A DNA stretch of 57,649 nt, filler included, from Squatina squatina (GCA_031763465.1; 3 parts of 3 records of this genome joined end to end with filler, not necessarily neighbours in it), one strand, 5' to 3'; counted from the first letter of the whole stretch, positions 11,336 through 23,621 are shown. Notes: generated by a model not told the origin, from the letters alone. Made by a program: numbers and translations.

Positions 11336-11918
11336 TCTTCACTCTTTCCCAGGTCAGATTCAGTTGCAGAATGACTCCCAGCATCAGCTTCGGCCACAAT
11401 GCACCTCCTCTTTAAGAGGTGCAGGCTAACTTTAAGTTGTGCAAGTTACTAACAATTTTAGGCCCCCTGCTGATGCATGCAGTCAGTGAACATCGTGGTT
11501 AGCACTGGCTGCATGCAGAAATCATTATAATGAGCAGGCAGCGCAAAGGTAACATACTGCCTGCATTATACTGAACAGGCGCCAGCTAACCCTCCATGCA
11601 GTAATTATGTCCTAATGATGAATCCTTCAATTTGGATGTTATCATACATCAGTTGTGGATGAATTTACACAAGGACTGGAGGACTCATTCCACGATCAGA
11701 TACTCCACAGGAGTAGCAGTTTTGGCAGGCACTGCAGGTCAGGGAAATAATAGGTCCACGATTCTCTGAGCTGTGCTCCTGTGAGCAGTACTTGTTGCTG
11801 GAGCATCTGAAAGCAGAATCCACTCTTATCCCTCCACAGTGATATAAAATGCTCAGAATTCTTTACTGGGAAATTGATATCACTACCAGTTATAGTAATT
11901 GGTGGCTTAATAAAAAGG

Positions 11919-12064
11919 CTTGCATTGATATCGTGCCTTTCACAACCACTGGATGTCTCAAAGTGCTTTACAGCCAATGAAGCACTTTTGGAGTGTAGTC
12001 ACTGTTGTAATGTCGGAAACGTGGCAGCCAATTTGCACACAGCAAGTTCCCACAAACAGCAGTG
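11919..12064 (-). mobile_element. Deu-type SINE 3' tail fragment
   Basis: CTTGCATTGATATCGTGCCTTTCACAACC...AAAGTGCTTTACAGCCAATGAAG...GCAGCCAATTTGCACACAGCAAG resembles the reverse tail of shark SacSINE/AmnSINE-like elements (from recall). Confidence 0.6.
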
Positions 12065-14263
12065 TCCAAGTAGCTGTTCCTCAGGTGAGCCTGGATGATG
12101 TGTCGGCAGGTTATTTACTGTAGGTGGCATCACAGTTAAGCTCCTGATCCTGCCCTCACGTCAACGTCCACACATATGTGCTTTCCAACAGAGATGGTTG
12201 TGAACAGAAGTGGAAACCTTGGTTACTACGCGGGGCTTTTTAGAGGATTTTTAAATGCTTTGGAGAGAGATGAAAGTTGTTTCCCATGAGTAAGGAAGTA
12301 AAAAGTCCCCTCCATTGTTACAGAAGTCCCCCCACCCACCAAAAAAAAACTGAACACAAAATATTTTAGAACTGATTTTTAAAAACTGAAGAATCAGATA
12401 TTTAACAGGTAACTAAAATATTGCTGAACGCAATAGGAAGAAGGCATTTGTAGTACATTCAGGAGTTTTGATGTCTCATTTATGACATTCCATAGTTATG
12501 TTAAGTATCCTCTGTAATCATTTAATTTATCTGGTTAAAGTGTTTATGGTCTATGGCGTCATTTTTCATACTTTAAATTTTAATTTCTAGCCCCTTGAAG
12601 TAGTCCGAAAGCTTCTTCGTGACAAGCACAACAAGAGAAATCCAGGGCTGATTATCCCACATTTCCCACCATGGGTATATGAGAGGCCAGCTCTTCTGGG
12701 GGACTTTATAAACAGCTCCAGTCCAATCACTGAGACTGTAGTATCTATAGGTATGGAGAGTATACATCATTGGATGTTTATTATTATTGAGTCTCATTCA
12801 ACACTGAATTGAGTATTTGAAACTAGAAGTGCTATTTTTTCAGATATTGTCTGTATTTTTGGATTATTCGTTACTCAGCTTGTTTAACTTACTGCCATCA
12901 ATACACTTTTGAAAAAATCATACTTGCCCTTGTGTAATGTACTGCAACACTTTGTGCGTATTCTTACTTCATCACCTCAAATTCCACCAGCCGTCAATAC
13001 TTCACCCTACTGTAATAAAGCTCTAAATACTCTCTTCAAACATGACTCAAATTTTGAAGGATATGTACTTTTTTTTTAATTATTCAAGAAGGCTTAATAC
13101 AAAAATTCCACACCTGCACCATTACGCTTCACTGAAACCCTGTGACAATATAGGTTTACATTAAAAAAAACCTTTGTATGTGGTTCTTTATTCACTGTTT
13201 CGGAGGATCTAGCAAAAAAAAGTTTCTGATGTTGTAAGCCCTCATTTTGCTACATGGATGATAAAATAAAGCAAGTTTGACTAGAACCAGTCCAGTGATG
13301 CCTGTGTGACAGTGTCGTTTCCTCTCACACAGCAGGATTAATTTAAGCAAACAGGGCAACGTACGACTTGCAAGTTCAAGTTCTAACCTCAGAATGACAA
13401 CCAACATATTTTAATAGCATTCTGTTCATTTAAATTGCTCCAAGCAAGCAAGAAAATGAAATTATATACAGATCGAAGACTTGACAAAATTTCATTTATC
13501 AAAGTGGGGCATTATGGTTACTATCAGTCTCAGTTAAGATAAACAGTGGCCTGGCACAATCTTGGTGAGATCTTAGAGGGAAGAGAGAATGAGATGCCAA
13601 AGTCAAGTAGATCCACATATTTCCAAGTAGTTGGTTCAGAGTGACACAGATGAAGGCAAATCACTTGCCCACTCTTTCTGCATACACAGTATCTGCAGTA
13701 ATTAACTTCTCAGGAATTTTTTAAAGAAATATTCAGATTTTTTTTTTTTGTAACATTTATTTTCTATTTTTTTTTGGAGGGGGGCAGGGAGGAAAATAAG
13801 TTTTTAATTTGTATTGGACTGGATCTCCCCAGGCACGCATCTTAACCTATCTCCATTTGCACTGCTGACTGGAAAAAAATCTTTTATGTCTTCTGAGATC
13901 TATCTTTGTTCACCCATATTAACAGAGCTCCATCAATTTTCTTGATAAAAAGTTGATTGCTGAATTTCCATCTTGAAGTTGATGTTTTTTGTCTCCTCCC
14001 TTCCCCTTGCTTTTGCCAGGCATCTTCCTTTCCCCATCAAAACAAAGGGGGTTTTTAATTTGTTATTGCCACTTGGAACGCATGCTTCAAGATTGTTCCT
14101 AAGTATTTAGTGAAAGGGCCCTGTTGGAAGCACTACCTTATCAGCCAGCACTTTACATATATANNNNNNNNNNNNNNNNNNNNNNNNNNNNNNNNNNNNN
14201 NNNNNNNNNNNNNNNNNNNNNNNNNNNNNNNNNNNNNNNNNNNNNNNNNNNNNNNNNNNNNNN

Positions 14264-14599
14264 ACGATTGAATAAAAAATAAAATTAACGCTGATTTTCT
14301 TAAAAATAGAACTTAACCATCTGGCCGTGGTCACCGCTAGTTTTAAGACTCAGCAGCTTTATCGAATTCTCCAGTGGGCGGCCATTTTTGGCGTTGCGCT
14401 CAATGATGATGTCATTGAGTCCCTCTAACGCTGATCTCTGCGTTTTCAGCCTTAAAGCTTTAACGCCCATTTAGCACCAGAGTTAAGGGGGGATGAATTT
14501 CCTGTCGCTAAATTTAGCACCCTAAATCAGCGTTAAGCCCTTAATGCCGATTTAACGTTAAATTAACACCCCAAAAAAAAAGGACGAATTGGGCATCCC
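14264..14599. mobile_element. CpG-rich non-autonomous DNA-transposon-like repeat fragment
   Basis: CpG-rich and quasi-palindromic (TTAACGCC / GCGTTAA units), ending GAATTGGGCATCCC. Similar in style to the other GGG..AATT-terminated elements in the window. Confidence 0.4.
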
Positions 14600-14776
14600 T
14601 AATATTTACATGGCTTCTTTCTGCACCAGAAATGTTTGACATTTTAGTGGATGTTCCAGACCGTCATGCCCTCCAGACTGACTTAAGGGACTGTGATGTG
14701 CTAGACCGTGGTGGAAATAAGTGTGTGTGAATATTTGTTTTGAGCTTTAATAATTCTGCTTTGTGCGTCTGCTCAG

Positions 14777-14976
14777 GTTCATTGAAGACAAGTCCTCCTT
14801 TGAGCACGGTCAGGTAAACCATGCTTTGGCTGCAGCAATGCGGACACTCGTGAAGGAGTACATGATCCTCGTGACGCAACTGGAACACTTACAGCGACAA
14901 GGGCTGCTCTCATTACAAAAACTTTGGTTTTATGTTCAACCAACCATTCGAACAATGGAGATTTTGGCTTCAATAG
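14777..14976 (+). CDS. TUBGCP2: Gamma-tubulin complex component 2, internal exon
   Basis: ctcag|G TTC ATT...ATA G|gtat; encodes (R)FIEDKSSFEHGQVNHALAAAMRTLVKEYMILVTQLEHLQRQGLLSLQKLWFYVQPTIRTMEILASI. Confidence 0.95.
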
Positions 14977-15401
14977 GTATTGCTTTGTGTTGAACCTGTC
15001 TGTATTTTTTAAATAGCTGGCTTAATTGTAATCTCCATGTAAAGATAAAGTTCAAAAAATCTTGAAAAAAAATAAGGATAAAGTTCACCCATGCAGATTG
15101 GCCTGTTTTGGGGGGCGAAATCACTGTCAAAGCAGCAACAATAAATAGAATATTACTCATACACACTAAAATATTTATAATTGGAAGGAATCTTTGAGTA
15201 ATGTTTACTGTGAACAAGCCTCGGTTGAAGCATGGAAACTTTTAATTGCTGATCACTACAATATACATCGTCAACAAGATTTTTATTTTCCGGCAACAAA
15301 CAACTGCAATAAGTAATTTTTGCAAAAGAAATGATAGCCAAACAAATATAATTAGTAACTGATTCAACAGGACATTATTCCTCTTCTGTGTTTTGTATCA
15401 G

Positions 15402-15591
15402 CTACTTCTGTGGAGAAAGGAGAATGCATGGGAGGATCAACGCTAAGTGTGCTCCACGATCGGACTTTCAACTACACAGGCGACAGTCAGGCACAAGAGC
15501 TGTGTCTCTACCTGACGAAAGCAGCAAGTGTTCCTTACTTTGAAATTTTAGAGAAGTGGATCTACAGGGGAATCATACAAGATCCTTACAG
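15402..15591 (+). CDS. TUBGCP2: TUBGCP2 internal exon
   Basis: atcag|CT ACT...TAC AG|gtat; (A)TSVEKGECMGGSTLSVLHDRTFNYTGDSQAQELCLYLTKAASVPYFEILEKWIYRGIIQDPY; phase compatible with neighbours. Confidence 0.95.
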
Positions 15592-16062
15592 GTATAAGGT
15601 TACCCACTGGAAAAAGCATCACTCCCTGTCTGGTTATTTTAACATAGTATTTAATCTGTTGAGTACTGAGGCTCTCGCGCTTCTTCCCTATCCTTCCCCA
15701 CTGGCACCATTCTCCTCCCCATGGCCCCCTCCTGGGCTCTGCAGTTCATGGAGTCATTCTTTCCCAACTTCGTCACTCCTGCCGGATGTTGTTACTCCAG
15801 GAGATTAAATGTTGCTGCATGGTGTGACCTGGAATTCTGCATCTTATGAACTGGAAGTGTTGAGCTTAACTGTTTTGCAGAGGTAACAGGTTTGTATATT
15901 GCAAGTGATCTCAATCATTAGTGGGGCAGATAATGCTGTGTAAAGGAAAATGTATCCATCTGCTTTGCTTGGAATATTTTAATTACTTTGACATAGCATT
16001 TTACATCATAAGATTAACACGGTAATTTTATTGAAAAATTGAACTATCTTTGTGTTCTACAG

Positions 16063-16208
16063 TGAGTTCATGGTGGAGGAACATGAACTTCAAAAGGAGA
16101 AAATTCAGGAGGATTACAATGACAAGTACTGGGATCAGAGGTACACTATCATCCAGCACAGAATCCCTTCGTTTCTGCAGAAGTTGGCTGATAAGATACT
16201 TAGTACAG
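16063..16208 (+). CDS. TUBGCP2: TUBGCP2 internal exon
   Basis: tacag|T GAG...ACA G|gtaa; (S)EFMVEEHELQKEKIQEDYNDKYWDQRYTIIQHRIPSFLQKLADKILST. Confidence 0.95.
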
Positions 16209-17066
16209 GTAATACAATATTTTGTGGACTTTTTCCATTATCTATTTGTCCCTTCATATCATGTGGCCACCCTATAATCTGTTTAAATTGCAATTAAATA
16301 GATGTCTTTCTCTAATGTTGAAGTGAATTGATTTGTTTTTATTAAAATATTAAATTAAACCAGCTTCCTTGGTATCTCTATTGAGGAATGCCACTGTACT
16401 GTACACTATAGCTACACCCATTCAACTGTCATCAGCTAAGTTTGCCTCCACATTCAGGCTCTGAGTACCCATTATGTGCAACCACAATACTTTACACAGC
16501 CTACATGGATGAGTTCTGTTGAGAGAAAATTTTATGAAAGGAATGAGAAACAGTAAATGCACAGTGTTAATAGGGAACTGAAAATTCCAAGTTTCTGTAT
16601 AAAGATCTTGTTGCAGAGAAATATTTTCCTGGGTGGGGTTTGCACAACATAAGTTTAGTATTACTCTTCATTACTGCTTTTGTCCATAATTCTTAGCAGG
16701 AAAAAACCAGCATGACGACCAGGAAGACTAAATTGTTGCCTGTTTTGACTGTAGCGACTGAGAAAATGAACCTTTTTGAAAAAGAAACCTTAAGAACAGA
16801 CTTTATCCTTGGGCTCAGTTCTACTTAATAAACTTCAAATAAACAAACAAGGAAGATTGCTTTATGTCCTTGTGTTGCAGAAAGTTGATAGAATCTCCAA
16901 GGAAATGGAATTTTAGAATGTCCTTCTCTGATGTAAATACAAGCTCTTTATGAATTTCTACTATAGTTAGGGAAAAAATCCCTTCCTTCCCTTGCCCAAA
17001 CAAGATCTACTGATGTAACCTGCATTGTTTATAGCTCCTTTTAATAATTCAACACATATAAATAAC

Positions 17067-18222
17067 GGGCAGGATTTTTGTGCTGGTTTTTTCAGCCGAA
17101 ATTGGCCAAACCAGCACGAAAGAAGTAGGAATTTTAAGCACAAATTAGCTCAGCGCAAGTTGAGTTTCTGCGATCTTTTGCACTAATTTTAAAAAAACAT
17201 CGCGCTAGAAACGCACAAATCTAGCCACGCCCAGATCGAATTAATCACCATTGCTAGTTTCTGCTAATTGCAGGCCGTTGAGGAGGCTCTAAAATGTAAG
17301 GTTTTTTTGTATAAAAGGACAAAGACCACAAATTGGTACTTTTAAAAAATATTTTCAATTTAAATTTTATTTTTAATTTACTAGAACTGACTACCGTACA
17401 CCAATATAACTAGCAAATGGTTCTGTATAGTTTTTAAAAATCATTTCAGTTGTTTAAAACCGGGTTANNNNNNNNNNNNNNNNNNNNNNNNNNNNNNNNN
17501 NNNNNNNNNNNNNNNNNNNNNNNNNNNNNNNNNNNNNNNNNNNNNNNNNNNNNNNNNNNNNNNNNNNNNNNNNNNNNNNNNNNNNNNNNNNNNNNNNNNN
17601 NNNNNNNNNNNNNNNNNNNNNNNNNNNNNNNNNNNNNNNNNNNNNNNNNNNNNNNNNNNNNNNNNNNNNNNNNNNNNNNNNNNNNNNNNNNNNNNNNNNN
17701 NNNNNNNNNNNNNNNNNNNNNNNNNNNNNNNNNNNNNNNNNNNNNNNNNNNNNNNNNNNNNNNNNNNNNNNNNNNNNNNNNNNNNNNNNNNNNNNNNNNN
17801 NNNNNNNNNNNNNNNNNNNNNNNNNNNNNNNNNNNNNNNNNNNNNNNNNNNNNNNNNNNNNNNNNNNNNNNNNNNNNNNNNNNNNNNNNNNNNNNNNNNN
17901 NNNNNNNNNNNNNNNNNNNNNNNNNNNNNNNNNNNNNNNNNNNNNNNNNNNNNNNNNNNNNNNNNNNNNNNNNNNNNNNNNNNNNNNNNNNNNNNNNNNN
18001 NNNNNNNNNNNNNNNNNNNNNNNNNNNNNNNNNNNNNNNNNNNNNNNNNNNNNNNNNNNNNNNNNNNNNNNNNNNNNNNNNNNNNNNNNNNNNNNNNNNN
18101 NNNNNNNNNNNNNNNNNNNNNNNNNNNNNNNNNNNNNNNNNNNNNNNNNNNNNNNNNNNNNNNNNNNNNNNNNNGCACAATTTACACCCGATTGCCAATT
18201 GCGCCCTTAGTGAAAATTCTGT
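17067..18222. mobile_element. Non-autonomous DNA-transposon-like element spanning the 707-N gap
   Basis: Starts GGGCAGGATTTT, is CpG-rich, and resumes after the gap to end ...GAAAATTCTG. Termini resemble the GGGCYGGAATTT family. Confidence 0.4.
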
Positions 18223-18877
18223 TTAAACATTTTTTGTTCTAAAGGTGCTGTTAATTGAGGAAATTTTTAAGTACTAATATAGCCAAGGGTAAACATTGCA
18301 CATACATTAAATACTCTTGCCATTATTGTGGGGTTTCAGGTTAGATACGACAAGAAAATTGTCTGTTCGCTATTAAAGAACATGTTTACAATTCAGTTAG
18401 AAAGAGTGAACAGTGAAAGTCTTTCCCCAGCAAAAGTTACTGAAATTCAGGTATTTTCCCCAAGGCACATTATAAGAGATTCTCTGTTTCACACCAGGAG
18501 TGCATGATGGCGCACCCCAGCCTGTAACTTTCATTAAAATGAGCAGACAGAAAATCACTGGCTAGGTGTGTGCAATATCCTGATGTGCTGCAGGAACTCT
18601 GAAGTGGAAAATCTCCCTTACTGTCTGTCCCCCTCCTTCCCATTTTAAAGAAAGCACAAACCAAGAACTCCATTAATTATTCTCTCTCTCCTTTTGTTTT
18701 AATTTTATCTGATCATATTTTAATCAGTTTTTTTCTCTCAAATGCATTCAAATTCATTCTTCCACCATCCTGGACTGGATGGCCCAGGGACAAAACAGTG
18801 ACCTATAAGACAGAAGTGAAAGTGACTTATTCTGGCCTGTCAGTCTGAAGGTAAAGAACTTTGCTTTTTTTTTGTAG

Positions 18878-19058
18878 GAAAATATCTGAACGTTGTTCGA
18901 GAATGTGGTCGTGATGTGACCTGTCCTGATGCCAAGGAAGTGATCTATACTCTGAAGGAACGAGCATATGTGGNNNNNNNNNNNNNGTCTTACAACTATG
19001 CCAGCAAGGTTCTATTAGACTTCTTAATGAAGGAAAAAGAACTCCTGGCACGACTCAG
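18878..19058 (+). CDS. TUBGCP2: TUBGCP2 internal exon (contains a 13-N frame-preserving gap)
   Basis: tgtag|GA AAA TAT...CTC AG|gtac; (G)KYLNVVRECGRDVTCPDAKEVIYTLKERAYV[xxxxx]SYNYASKVLLDFLMKEKELLARL. Confidence 0.95.
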
Positions 19059-19414
19059 GTACAAGGCCTCAAATGGTTTATTGAAAAAGGAAATGTTTTC
19101 TTATGTTTATTGCCTACAGTATTTGAGTTGTCATAAAATGGCTCTTCATCTCCCAGTTTGGTTTAACAGCACGACTTTGTACTATGTACGTGCAATCTAA
19201 TGGATTACACAGCCAATACTCCCATGGGGGAGCTCTGAAATACTAAGCCATTTAGTGTGTTATGTTATTCCCATGAAGGGAATTAATAGTGCATTTCATA
19301 GTTCCCTGGTGAGGATCTACTTGTGTCATTAGTATCTATCCATGTAACCTATCAAGAATATATAAAGGATGTTTATTCAGAAATTAGTGCTCACCACCTT
19401 GAAAATGCCTGTAA

Positions 19415-19555
19415 TGGGGAGGGGGATGGGGGGGCAGGAGGAGAGGAGAGTGGTTGGGAGTGTGGTCGGAGTGGAAATGGAAGGGGCTGGGAGTGGGAGG
19501 GGAGTGAGTGGGATTATGAGTGAGGGGTTTGGGAAGAGGGAGGAGGAGGGAGAAA
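19415..19555 (+). repeat. G-rich purine tract
   Basis: Multiple GGG/GGGG runs (GGGGAGGGGGATGGGGGGGCAGGAGG...) in a TUBGCP2 intron. Confidence 0.6.
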
Positions 19556-20402
19556 TGGTTCTTCAGATTGGCACAGGCCTCCGTTTGGGAATGGTTGGTA
19601 CTAAAACTTGTTTGAGTGAAGGAGACATTTTATGAAGCATAAACGTGCTGTATTTAAAAAATGCCAAACTGCAGGATACAACAGCATGCATCGATTCTGG
19701 TTTGAGCAAATAAACAAAATTTTCACGGATTGCTCTATATTGTGTGTTTCAAAGAGACTCAGCTTGCTGCCTGGTGCAATAGAGCTCAATATATTATGTC
19801 AATCTAAAAAAAAAAATTAAAATATGAAGCTTAAGGAGCAGCGTTATAAATCATATCAATCGATCGATGCCCATTATTAACGCGCTTTCAACCAAGGCAG
19901 CTCACCTACAGAATGTCTGAGGGAAAGGGAGAAAGAAAAAAAGGGTGTTTATTTCACCGTGCACAACATTCAGGACTGAGTTTACAGAACGGTTACTGAG
20001 GTTAATTGTGAATATGAATCCCGGGGCTGTCATCGGTCCTATTAATCCTGCAACATCTTTAAACGTCTCGAAATTCAATTACAGCTGCTGTGTAGTCTCT
20101 CCGCATTCCTCTGGAGAGCAGGAGAAAGGTGGAGGTACCATCATGCTGCGGCAAGCCAAATAAATATCCAACATTTGACAAGCTCTGGTCAAGCGCTGTT
20201 ACATGAGCTACAGCACCAAAAGGCTTTTACTGCGCATTTTTACAATGCATTGGAGGAAAATATTATTGCTTCTTAAGCACAGAAACTACCAGTGGGATCC
20301 ATCCAACAGTAGTCCCTTGTTGGAACACTGTCTTTAGCCCAAGGCCCCAATAAATGATATATACTGCAGCATTATGGTTCTCTGCTAGTACAGCAAGCCT
20401 AT

Positions 20403-20502
20403 NNNNNNNNNNNNNNNNNNNNNNNNNNNNNNNNNNNNNNNNNNNNTTAATTAATTAANNNNNNNNNNNNNNNNNNNNNNNNNNNNNNNNNNNNNNNNNN
20501 NN
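20403..20502. other. Artificial scaffold-joining linker
   Basis: Exactly 44 N + TTAATTAATTAA (20447-20458; stop codons in all six frames) + 44 N. Identical structure at 41304-41403. Confidence 0.95.
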
Positions 20503-20600
20503 AAGGATGCGAGTAACTTTGGAGAGGATTGACTGGAATGCTCTTCTCCCACATTTTGTGCCGAGGCCTGCCACTCTGAGCCCGGAGATCAAACACTCAC

Positions 20601-20632
20601 TAGTGCGAGCTCTGCCAGAAGTTCCCCGCCAT
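20601..20632 (-). CDS. CCNC: Cyclin C, coding part of exon 1
   Basis: Minus strand gagATG GCG GGG AAC TTC TGG CAG AGC TCG CAC TA|gtgagt = MAGNFWQSSH(Y), the cyclin C N-terminus, followed by a consensus donor. Confidence 0.95.
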
Positions 20633-20900
20633 CTCCTCGCTCCCGGGCCCGGCCCGCCGGCCGGTTCACCTCCCGCTCCGTTCCACTCCGATCCTCCGGG
20701 TCTTCGCCGATTTATTCTGGGTTTTTTTTTTACTCCCTCCCCTTTTCTGGTTTAATTTTTTTTTGCGAAATGCAAATCCTAAATTTTCAGCCCGGCTCCC
20801 TCTGTAACGCCGAAATATTTCCGTCAAGCCACCCGGGGTCAGGATGAAAGTGCCCGGGTAGAAACCTTCCGGGGCGAAGTTAGACCTGCTGCAGAGCAGG
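20633..20900 (-). promoter_or_regulatory. CpG-rich CCNC 5' UTR / promoter region
   Basis: GC- and CpG-dense sequence immediately 5' of the CCNC ATG. Confidence 0.7.
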
Positions 20901-21429
20901 AGAGTGAGGGAGTTCTGCCTTCTAACTCTCAGCACTTCACCTGCAGGGCAGGGTTGATTATATTGATACAACACATCTTAGCATCATTTTACAAAAATAA
21001 AGTAAAATCAACAATAGTAGTTAATCGGTTGAGGACAATAATGAATTGTGAATTGGGCCTGTTATGTGCTGTATTTTCTATGTTCTATGTTCTATAGTTT
21101 TTAAACTGCATAAATAAATGTGTTTGTATTCTTTTTCTCTGGCCCGTTTAATAAGTGTTTAACTTGCATTAATAATGTTCATTTTTCCAGTTTGTTTTCA
21201 AAACATTTGAATGAATTAAAGAACTCCAGTTACAGCATCAAGATAGAGTTGTTTCAAGTTGTATGCAATCCTCTTAGTGCACAGGTATCATGGGGATTGC
21301 AGCCACTGTTCTAGTTGGTAACTCCCTTCAGTTCACAGAGTGAGCTTTGACCACGTTTTCAGCCAAATGGCAGCCTATTAGGAACAGAGTGACTGAGCAT
21401 TGCGCTGATCCGGGAGAACCAGCATGAAA

Positions 21430-21492
21430 TTGTAAAGGATAAGTCATACCTAATGAACCTAGTTGAATTTTTTGATGAGGTAACAAACGTGG
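21430..21492 (+). mobile_element. CR1 reverse-transcriptase fragment
   Basis: Translates KDKSYLMNLVEFFDEVTNV, similar to the CR1 RT motif KGKSCLTNLIEFFEEVT; truncated by a gap. Confidence 0.6.
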
Positions 21493-21592
21493 NNNNNNNN
21501 NNNNNNNNNNNNNNNNNNNNNNNNNNNNNNNNNNNNNNNNNNNNNNNNNNNNNNNNNNNNNNNNNNNNNNNNNNNNNNNNNNNNNNNNNNNN

Positions 21593-22389
21593 GAAAGTAC
21601 ATTAACAGAAATTTAGCATAAACATTGGATAAAATACCCAAGTGTGTTGTTAGTTGGTATGATTGGACAAGGATGAGGGTGAGTGTGAGGGGTGGCAAGT
21701 GAGATAGGAATGTGAAAATGTAGATAGAGAGAGAGGGATGGGTAGAGGTGCAAGATATGTTGGTGTCAGTAAGGATGTGCAGGAGTAGGGTAGGGAAGGC
21801 AGAGTGATGGGGATGTGATGAGAGGCCCATGATGAAGTTGAATGTGGCTTTGTACAAACGTTTCCTGATCTACGGAGATCATTGAAGTGTTTGTGGCGCT
21901 GCACCCAGGTCCTCCTGACCACATCTCTGCTTGTAACCTCCTCTGCAATGTGCAACCAGACTGTCTTGCTCTCCTGGGGAGGTCTCTTCCACCCATCAGA
22001 AGGAAAGAGGACCTCCTTCGTGCTCTGACTCCCTCCATAAGGATATGGTGGGAGTCACGAGAGAACCTGGGTGCAGCCCTCTGCCTCTGTGCAATCATTG
22101 TCAGTGTTTGCAGCACTCCAATGCTGTAGTGCACTGCCAACACTATGATTGATTAAGCTTCAAATGTAATGTGGCCATGATCCCTTTAAAGATCCGGCTG
22201 AAAACGCGTCATGGGTGACGTCACCAGACCTGCGCCATCCCATTGGGCCGGGTAATGCGTTGGGCAGGCTTGATAGGCCCCATTAAGGTAAGTTCATTTT
22301 CAACAGCAGGATGGAGCCAGCAGCGGGGTCCTGATCCGCCACGGACACCGCCCGCACCGGACCCGCTGCGGTAGGCAAAATTCCGGCCC
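21593..22389 (-). mobile_element. Harbinger element end with a frameshifted Myb/SANT gene
   Basis: Two overlapping minus frames give QRQRAAPRFSRDSHHILMEGVRARR... and ...W.HIAEEVTSRDVVRRTWVQRHKHFNDL. The element ends AAAATTCCGGCCC (22389). Confidence 0.75.
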
Positions 22390-22414
22390 ATGTTTATCTT
22401 TGTTCACTAATATA

Positions 22415-23171
22415 GGTCTGGAATTTTCTTGGAGCTGCTTCCATGCCATGCCATGCCATAACTTTGGCAAAAATGTAGCAGAAACTCCAAGGAAATTCCA
22501 AGCCATATTTAGTGGCCGCAACTGGTCTGACCTCACGCCCGCGTTGCGCTGAACAGCGGCGCAACGTGGGCGTGAAGTCAGCGTACGTGCCTAAAAATGT
22601 CAAATGAATTATTCGGCTTCGCGCGCTGGCGGCGTAGCCTGGAAGTGATGCGGCATTGGCCGGGTCAGCTCCAGTCAGCGCCGTATCAACGCTGATTTTG
22701 CCTTGCCATGCTACACTGGCTAGAAGCTAGCGGGGCGGTCTCCTGGCTGAGGGCCGCCAATACTGCGGCCAGCTTGAGCGCAGTCCACATAGAGGCCAAA
22801 AAATAAATAATTTTAGCAATGTAGCAACCACTTCTACCGCACTTTTCATGGGCATATAAATACTTTCCTTGGACAAAATCCTAAAATACCTCCATTTCCG
22901 GCCTCTTTTTAAAAAAAACCTTACTTGCATTTGTCAGATGGTGTGGAAACATTCCACCAGCCGTAAAATTTTCGGACGTAATTGCTGGGCAGTTGTTGGG
23001 CAATTAGCCCAACCCTGCGCCAACAATTAGTTTTTCAATGTCGGTGCGGTGTTGGTGCGAATGACCTGTCAAGTCCAAACTTGACAGAACGCAAGTTCGG
23101 GATTTAGCAAGTCCCGAACTTGCGGTCCATTTCTGAAAATGCACCGTCATATTCACCGCAAATTCTGGCCC
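22415..23171. mobile_element. Non-autonomous TIR element (probably Harbinger-derived)
   Basis: Left end GGTCTGGAATTT and right end AAATTCTGGCCC form an imperfect 12-bp TIR. CpG-rich, with an internal hairpin CGCAAGTTCGGGA...TCCCGAACTTGCG near 23090-23124. Confidence 0.65.
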
Positions 23172-23621
23172 ATTATTAATTTGGTAGAAAATAATATGAA
23201 ATGATCAGAAATGGTTAATATCTATGAAATATAATCTTATTCTGACCTAGATATTCAGAGGTAAGCTAATAACCTTTTGCTAAACCATGTAATACAAATA
23301 AATCTTGCAATCTAATTAGGCCTCTGCCAAGATCTCGTTAATTTGATTACATCACGTTAAGAGTGAATATTCTTAAAATCCAGAACAAAAAGAATGCAGA
23401 TGTCACTGAATGCTTGTGGGCTCTTATCAGGTAGACTGTATTACATGAGTGTGCCCTAAGTCCACAAAATGATTTAAAATGTCATGTATGTGTGATGTTA
23501 GGGAATAATAACCTCCTAACCTTTCTCAGATTTTGAACAGAATTATGCTGTACAAGGAGAGAGTACTTTGCAATGTAGTGTATTCCATTATTTCATATTC
23601 CTCTTTCAAGAGAAAAAAGAT

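Larger units (their letters stand above)
10565..11612. mobile_element. Internally deleted Harbinger DNA transposon
   Basis: Convergent transposase and Myb/SANT fragments within about 1 kb. Right boundary approximate; left end lost in the gap. Confidence 0.7.

Noticed and set aside
17446-18226. Long ORFs of 237-258 aa, and the many other X-containing ORFs
   Set aside because: They stay open only because N runs contain no stop codons.
20447-20458. TTAATTAATTAA as a palindromic homeodomain site or piggyBac footprint
   Set aside because: It is centred in exactly 44 N on each side, twice, so it is an assembly linker.
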